DNA of 64,000 nt, from NCBI GenBank assembly GCA_964016885.1, contig OZ024740.1, positions 142,538,001-142,602,000 of the forward strand. The letters run 5' to 3'. This DNA comes from Eledone cirrhosa. Its lineage: Eukaryota. The notes beneath the pieces were generated by a model that saw only the letters and a list, made by a program, of their open reading frames with translations, ran no database searches and was not told where the DNA came from. Of this stretch, positions 56,721 through 64,000 are shown one piece after another. A program made the position numbers and the translations under genes. How positions within the stretch are numbered: position 1 is the stretch's first letter; each line of letters starts with the position of its first letter.

Positions 56721-58199
56721 GACCAACACACTCCTAGCCACTGATTTCTATCCTTTGAGGTCAATTTTACCTGACTCTGTCATTGAAGGCATTTAGCTGT
56801 TTTAACAGCTTCCTTGAGTTGAGTTCTTCCCATTGTTCTACGAATATATTCTTTCTCTTCGTTTAAATGTTTAATTAATTGTGTGTGGCACTTGCACCAC
56901 TATAATTAATTAATCCCAATGTATGTTACATTAAGCACTCCTTGCCAATTGTTCTGTTCCATAAATGGTATGACTCCTTATAGGTTGGTACTCGATGGGG
57001 TATAGATACTTGAATTTATTTTTCATATTTTATTACATTGCACATTACATGTTGTGCATTTCCGGTTATGTCAGTGGAGCCTTGGCAGTTATTCAAAAGA
57101 TGTCATACGAATTCACCTTCTTCAGACTAAAAACCAATTGAATCTTATTATTCTGATGTTTCCCCTTGGTATTCATGCAGCTGTATGAATGCAATAGGTC
57201 CTAAGCCAATTTTGTCTCAAAACCTTTTAGCAATTTTCCAAATTTCATGGGACCCATAACTATATTTTGCAGACCATACACACCACCCTAGTTTTGATAT
57301 GACATTATATGAAACAGGAATAAAAGAGGAAAATTTATTCATATAATAAAAATAATTTTTTATTGAATTTTATTAGAATACACCTTATTTTATCATCCAA
57401 CTTGCTTTGGGAAACATTGATTTTATGAAAACATGATTTTAAGAGTGAGGTTTGAATAAGATTAGGCTGTCTGATTGTTTGTTTTTTAGTGTTTTTATTT
57501 TGTTTGGTCTGTTTGGTTTTTAGCTTTTTTTGTTTTTTATCAGATTGAGCAAGGTGTGAAATTTATGGCAAATGCAATGTTTGTGCTATTTCGCTGTCTT
57601 TAGAGGAATTTTGGAATAATATTATTAGTGAAGCAAGTATTTGCAATGAGCTAACATGTAATTGTTCAGCATAGACTTGGGGGCGAGTTGGTATGATTGC
57701 TAATTTTCATTGACTATTCTAACGTTGTATATATATATATATACATATGGTCAACATCATCAGATGCTTACGAAGCCGCAGGTTTTTTTTCAGAGTTTCC
57801 CTCTCCTAGAAAGGTGTGGTGATAATAACTGGGGGCCTTTCACTCCTAGGAAAAAGAAAAGTTCTATTTGGATGGCCATTACCTCTGCTGAGTCCCTTTG
57901 CCCTTTGCTGGAGTCTTGTATTTCATCTCGCAGGGTGTCCAAATATCACCCTCTCCTCACCAAGCTGGTTTAGTCGCTGACTACCCGACCATGAGACAGG
58001 TCGATGATGTTGACCAGTTCTCCTTTTCAGGTGGTGTTTTCATTGCTCAGAGAGTGTGATTGGTCGAGTGAAAGGCCTTTCCCCACTTAAAAATCTTCAA
58101 AGTACAGGCATTGGTTGTTCAGAATATGTTATAGGTTTGTGTGACTGGCCGTAGCCTAAAAGTGCACCAAACTATATAATACTCTTAGCAGAGTTTGCA

Positions 58200-58268
<69 letters not shown>

Positions 58269-58718
58269 CATACATACATACAGAGTGATTGCTCCATCTT
58301 CACTGATGATAGTGATCGCTTTGTGATACCCCAATTCCATCACCATTGGCATCTCTCTGCCATTGCAAAAGATATATATACCAGTATAGCAAGGCCAAGA
58401 TCTCACTCTCTGATACAATTCCAACATAGGATGTAACCAGCATGGACCACTCCCATTCGCTAAATAACCAGTGTTAGATATCCAAAAAGAAGAACATGTC
58501 AACCGCATTGGCTGCTATGAAGCTGGATGTTTTACATCAGAGTTTTCCGTCTCCTAGAATGATGTCCTATCAATGACCAGGTACCTCTCACACACAATGA
58601 GCTAACCAGATGCTGGGGCAACAAACCAAGAGTTTCCATCCCCTGTGCATACATACATACACACAGAAACGCAGAAACAGAGAAACACATGTAATCATCA
58701 TCATCATATATATATATA

Positions 58719-58857
58719 TAACAAAGAAAGTGTGGTAAAATACCAGGTGGACCATAACGCACCAGAGTACTCGATACTTAGAGTAGTAGAGTGGGTAATA
58801 GTTTGGATCTAGCTGTCGAAACAGCTGGAGCTCAGCCATGAGGGTCCTGACTCTTTT

Positions 58858-58860
<3 letters not shown>
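58719..58860 (-). mobile_element. Family A copy (degenerate)
   Basis: GTGTGGTAAAATACCAGGTGGACCATAACGCACCAGAGTACTC...GCTGTCGAAACAGCTGGAGCTCAGCC. Confidence 0.75.
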
Positions 58861-58916
<56 letters not shown>

Positions 58917-58929
58917 GTATATATATATA

Positions 58930-58996
<67 letters not shown>

Positions 58997-59055
58997 TCAT
59001 CATCATCCTTGTTTAACGTCCACTTTCCATGCTAGCATGGGTGTATATATATATA

Positions 59056-59246
59056 TAACGAAGGAGTTGTGGTAAGGAACCAGATGGACCATAACGCACC
59101 AAAGTACTCAATACTTAGGGTAGTAGAGTTGGTAATAGGAAAAAGTATGACCCCGATGTCAGAGCTCAAGCCGTTTCGACGGCTATTTCAGTCCAGAAAT
59201 AGCCGTCGAAACAGCTTAGCTCTGCCGTCGGGGTCATACTTTTTCA
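59056..59246 (-). mobile_element. Fold-back element family A copy
   Basis: Conserved tail plus palindrome GAAAAAGTATGACCCCGA...TCGGGGTCATACTTTTTC; (TA)n on both sides. Confidence 0.85.
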
Positions 59247-60139
59247 TATATATATATAATGCATATTCAGGCTCATACCAATATTTCAGCACAACACTGT
59301 TAGCTCACTAAAGCCTCGTCAATTTTGCCACACTCCTGGTCCTTACAACAGCGAACAATGCAACCATGCATTGAGCTATATAAAGGTTATATACAGCTTC
59401 ATGCACTGAGACATTAAGTGTAATATGTTTTTTTACAGATCCAAATTAGAGCTTCAACCAAGATATACTTTTCACCAGCAGTGATTTTCCACAAAACTTG
59501 TTAATTTTTGGCCTGGTAATGAAATAATCATTAATTATATTTACATACATGTAAATTAGGATCTTTTTTAGGACAATGAAATTGCTTAGATACTTATATG
59601 GGGTTAAGTCTCATTGGAGCCGATTTTGCCTTTAATTCTTATAGATAAAAGTAATACCAGTAATACACTGGTGCTAGGTTAATTAACTATATTCCCATTA
59701 TTGTATTATTTTGGCCTTGAGCTTTGTCGAGAACAATACATTTTAATATGTTTCACCAAAAGCTATTAATAAGCATCAGTTACTTTACTTTACTTTTAAT
59801 GAATTCTTCAACCTACTCAACTACAACTATTGTTATTATCAGGAAAATTAATGAAATATTCATATGCATCTTTTTGTCAGGAAAGGATTTGTTGTATTAG
59901 AAAATTAATTATATAGACAAAACCTTCTTAGATCCTCTTGATGAATGAGTTACTTACAGACTAACTTTCAGATTGACATCAATTCCATGGCCAGTCACTA
60001 AACAAACAGTAATTGGTTTTTATGTAAAATAGTTATCAGCTGAAAGAAAATGAAGCTATGTAAAGTGATAAATATAATTACTCACTATTCAAGGTTCTTG
60101 AAATAAATGAATATAATAATAATAACAAAGATTATTATT

Positions 60140-61110
60140 ATTATTGGTTTGATTTCTCAGTCATTGGTGTTATTTAACCAGAAAATTTGCCTTAATGAAC
60201 GTCAAGCCACTACCTGCAGCTTCAGATATTCAGGACGTATTGGAGGGTCTTTGCTGTTCCCAGTAGGCAATGCCTTCTGGAGTGTCCTAAAGAAAGGGGA
60301 CTGGGCCCATGTTCTTTAACCAGCATTGTAAGCTCTTCAAGATAGTACCTAGTGCTCCTATGATGATGAGGACAACCTTGATCTCATGACAGCCCCAAAT
60401 CCTTTTCAGTTCCCTCTTTAGATCCTGGTACCAGTTAATTTTCTCCTTCTCCTTTTCTTTCACCATTGTGTCAAAGAGGCAAGCTATATCTATAACCAAG
60501 CAAGATCTTTTTTCCTTGTCAAATCCACCAGGTCAGGCCTATTGTGTTCTAATTTTTTATCCGTTTGTATCCAGAAATCCCACAGCACCTTCACCCAATC
60601 GCTTTCTATCACTGACTCTTGCTTATGCTCATACCACTTACAGAATGAGGTAAATTATTCAGTTTGCATAAATGCCAGTGAATAACTTTTGCTATGACAT
60701 CATGCCTCCTTCTTTTATAGTGAGTCTGGGCTAGGTGTTTACACTCGAATACGATGTGAGCCACAGTATCCTCTCTCCTCACAGATCCTACAGAGTGGAC
60801 TAGCTTCCTCTTTGTCAATATGGTGTATCATCCACTCTATTCTAAGGGCTTTCTTCTGTGCAGCTAGTAGCATTCCTCCTGTGGTTTTTTAAGGTCTCCT
60901 TTTTTTTTAACCAGTTCCATGTCTGCAGATCTCTGAATTGTGTTTTTTTTTTAAAGATTTTATGAAGGGCCTTTTCATTCAGGCTGCTCTTCCTCTTTGT
61001 TGTTACTTCTTTCTTGGACATCCCCTGATCTATTGTCTTCTCCTTCAATATAACCTTAAGCATTGGCTCATTACTCTCAGATACATATTTGTGTAAACAG
61101 CTCTTGTCCA
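60140..61110 (-). mobile_element. R4/Dong-like non-LTR retrotransposon 3' half
   Basis: Minus strand EDTVAHIVFECKHLAQTHYKRRRHDVIAKVIHW (zinc knuckle/RHD) and VIDIAC...EKINWYQDLKRELKRIW...IIGALG (RLE); ends in (TAA)n at 60132-60146. Confidence 0.85.
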
Positions 61111-61185
61111 AATGAAGAAATTATCCAAATATAAAGATCTACAAATAGAAATAACCTGAATGTGGATGATGAAAACAGAAACAAT

Positions 61186-63330
61186 CATCATCATCATCAT
61201 CATCACCGTTTTACGTCCGTTCTTCCACGCTAGCATGGGTTAGACGGGTTGTCCTGTTGTGGGCAGTGTCTGGTCGGCTGACCATGCCTTGCTCATACAG
61301 GAACTGATCTGGCTTGATTTCTACAGCTGGATGCCCTTCCTAACACCAACCTCATTTACAGTGAGTGCTGGGTGCTTTTTCGTGGCGCCTACACGTCCAC
61401 TTTACAGTGTGGGCTGGGTGCTTTTTTGCCGTGGCACCTCCACGACCACCTTGCGGTGGGGGGAGTGGGGGCATATTGTTTATATGCTTCAGCATGTACC
61501 CATGGGAGGTCGGGTACCCTGTATTACTGCGTGACGCCAGAAGTCACGGTCGTGTGTCATTGTCTTTGAGAGGTGTAGTTGGGTAAGGTCGGCTTTTATC
61601 ACCTCATCCCAAGTCATCTTGGGTCTCCCCACTCCGCAGTTTCCATCAACTTCTAGTGCTCTGCACCTTTTTATGCAGCTGTCATCCTTCATACGCATCA
61701 CATGTCCATACCAGCGTAACCGCCTCTCCTGCACGCAGCATTTGATTCCTCTTATGCTCAGTCTCTCTCTCAATTCCTTTATGCTTTGTCGTTCACGTAT
61801 ATTACTGTTACACATCCATCGGAGCATGCAGGCTTCGTTTCTCTCTAATCTATGTAAGTCTTCCACCTTCAGCGCCCAGGTCTCACTACCATGCAACATC
61901 GCTGTTCGGATACACGCATCATACAGTCTGCCTTTCATTCTGAGGAAGAAGCCTTTTGCAGCTAGCAGTGGTAGTAGTTCCCTAAACTTCTTCCATCCCG
62001 TTCTTACCCTAGTTATTGTACTTTCTGAGCACCCACCTCCGTTGCTAATTCGGTCACCTAGGTAGCAGAAGCTGTCTACTGTTTCTACAGGGCCCTCCCA
62101 GAGATTGGTGGTACTTGTTTCCTGTGGCTGTTTGCTTGCTGTTTCAGCACAGCTGCTGCATGTGAATCCTACATTCTTAATTAAGCTTCCTGAGATCCCG
62201 CTACATCTCTTGTGTACCCATTGTTTGCATTTGGGGCAGAGAATGGAGTTCCTACCTACACCTTTCCTACATACTGAGCAAGGCCATTTCCCTGAGGGGA
62301 TCTGGGTTCTGTTTTCTCGTCTACTTACAAGGACCTTAGTCTTTGTCATGTTGACTTTGAGGCCCTTTCTCTCTAGTCCCTGCTTCCAGGTTTGGAATTT
62401 ATTCTCTAGTTCTACCATAGATTCAGCTATGAGTGGAGGTCATCAGCATACAGGAGTTCCCATGGGCATCCGGTCTTAAACTCCTCCGTTATTGCCTGCA
62501 GGACTATGATGAACAGGAGAGGGCTAAGAACAGAGCCCTGGTGGACCCCAACCTGTACGCTAAATTCCTCGCTATACTCATTGCTAATCCTAACTTTGCT
62601 GACTGCTCCCCTATACATGGCTTGTACCGCTTTCACAAGCCATTCATCTACTCCTAGTTTTCTAAGAGCCCACCAGATTACTGCACGTGGAACTCTGTCA
62701 AAGGCTTTCTCAAGGTCGACAAATGCCAAGTAGAGTGGCTTACTTTTAGCTAGGTACTTTTCCTGTAATTGCCTCACAAGGAAGAGGGCATCAGTGGTGC
62801 CTCTCCCTGGTACAAACCCAAATTGCATCTCGTCTATATTCACCCGGTCCCTAATCAGCTGTGCTATAACTCTTTCTGTTACTTTCATGACCTGGTCCAT
62901 CAACTTTATACCTCTATAGTTTCCTCTATCTAGTGCATCGCCTTTACCTTTGTAGCAGTTGACAATGATGCTACTGCACCAATCTTTTGGTATGGCCCCT
63001 TCTAGTATTACCTGGTTAACGATACGTGTGGTTATAGTGTGACCTACAGACCCAGATGCCTTCAGCATCTCGGCAGCTATACCCGATGGACCGGTTGCCT
63101 TCCCCATCTTCATATCTCTGATTGCCTTACTTACTACGCTGCCGCTGACTTGTACTGCTGGTCCCTCTATAGGGTCTACCTGGGGTAGGGTCTCTTCTTC
63201 CCATGCATTCTCCTCATTTAGTAATCTATCATAATGACTCTTCCATGCATCTTTCTTCTCAGCACTTGTGAGGGCAAGCTCACCTTTATCATTCCGGATA
63301 CACTTCTCTCCAATGACATCACAACTATCT
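61186..63330 (-). mobile_element. Young RTE-clade LINE, 5'-truncated, RT plus PHD-like finger, one frameshift
   Basis: ORFs 62427-63113 (GKATGPSG, NYRGIKL, QFGFVPGRGTTD, FVDLEKAFDRV, GVHQGSVLSP, YADD) and 61489-62418 (CSVC...CPKCKQWVHKRC, RLRWYGHV, GRPKMTW); (GAT)n tail at 61186-61205. Confidence 0.95.
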
Positions 63331-63444
63331 AATAGCTGCTCTGGGAATGATTAAGAAGCATACAGACAGATATATAGCAAAAACCCTAGACACTTCATAC
63401 ATATTACAAAAAGTACTCTCAATACAAAATAAGACTCATAATGT

Positions 63445-64000
63445 TGATGATTGTTTCTAATATTGGCACAAGGCCAGTCATTTTGAGGAAAGGGAAAGTC
63501 AATGAAATCAACCTCAGTGCTTGACTGGTACTTTATTTTATCGATCCGAAAGGATGAAAGATAAAGTTGACGGAGGCAGCATTTAAATGCAGAACATAGA
63601 GAGCTAGAACAAATATTGCTAAATATTTGTCTGATGCTCTAACGACTCTGCTAATTCACTGCCCACTCATGATGATGATGATGATAACAATAATGGTTTC
63701 TGATTTAGACACAAGATCAATAATTCTTGGGGAGGGGAAAATCATTTAAATTGACCCCAGTGCATTACTGGTACTCTTTTTTATCGACCTTGTAAAGATG
63801 AAAGGCAAAACTAACCTTGGCAGGATTTGAACTCAGAATGTAAAAGGCCATAACTATATGCCGCAAACCATGTTGTCCAACGCTCTAATGACTCTATTAT
63901 AATAATAATAATGATTTCTACTTGAGGCACAAGGCGAGTAATTTGGGGCAGGTGAAAGTCAAATACATCAACCCAGTTCTTTACTGGTACTTTATGTTAT
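63445..64000 (-). mobile_element. Three consecutive degenerate SINE copies
   Basis: Repeated CTGGTACTTTATTTTATCGA...GATGAAAG...AAAG core at ~63525, 63768, 63984; many CpG-to-TpG/CpA changes. Confidence 0.8.

Noticed and set aside
57040-57195. Possible miRNA or snoRNA hairpins (ATTGCAC seed-like; ATTCATGCAGCTGTATGAAT)
   Set aside because: Hairpins too short, and no match to a mature sequence I can recognise.

Overview
Eukaryotic, very AT-rich, repeat-saturated genomic DNA. The mix of microsatellites, tRNA-derived SINEs, RTE, R4/Dong, Tx1, Penelope-like and Helitron elements looks like a coleoid cephalopod (Octopus-like) genome; this is inference and no database was searched. Almost all ORFs in the supplied track are microsatellite artefacts. 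One credible host coding exon is present (25736-25938, a small membrane protein loosely TMEM200-like), plus a probable CpG-rich promoter near 56.2 kb followed by CpG-depleted, gene-body-like DNA. Two signals stand out. (1) An RTE-type LINE fragment at ~53.7-54.85 kb has conserved RT motifs altered almost only by sense-strand A-to-G changes in dense patches. This is what an ADAR-hyperedited RNA reverse-transcribed back into the genome would look like. (2) Many short fold-back (inverted-repeat) elements are embedded in (TA)n tracts; about ten hammerhead-ribozyme cores occur in or near them, consistent with Penelope-like element 3' ends or retrozymes. Coordinates were read by eye and may be off by a few bases.
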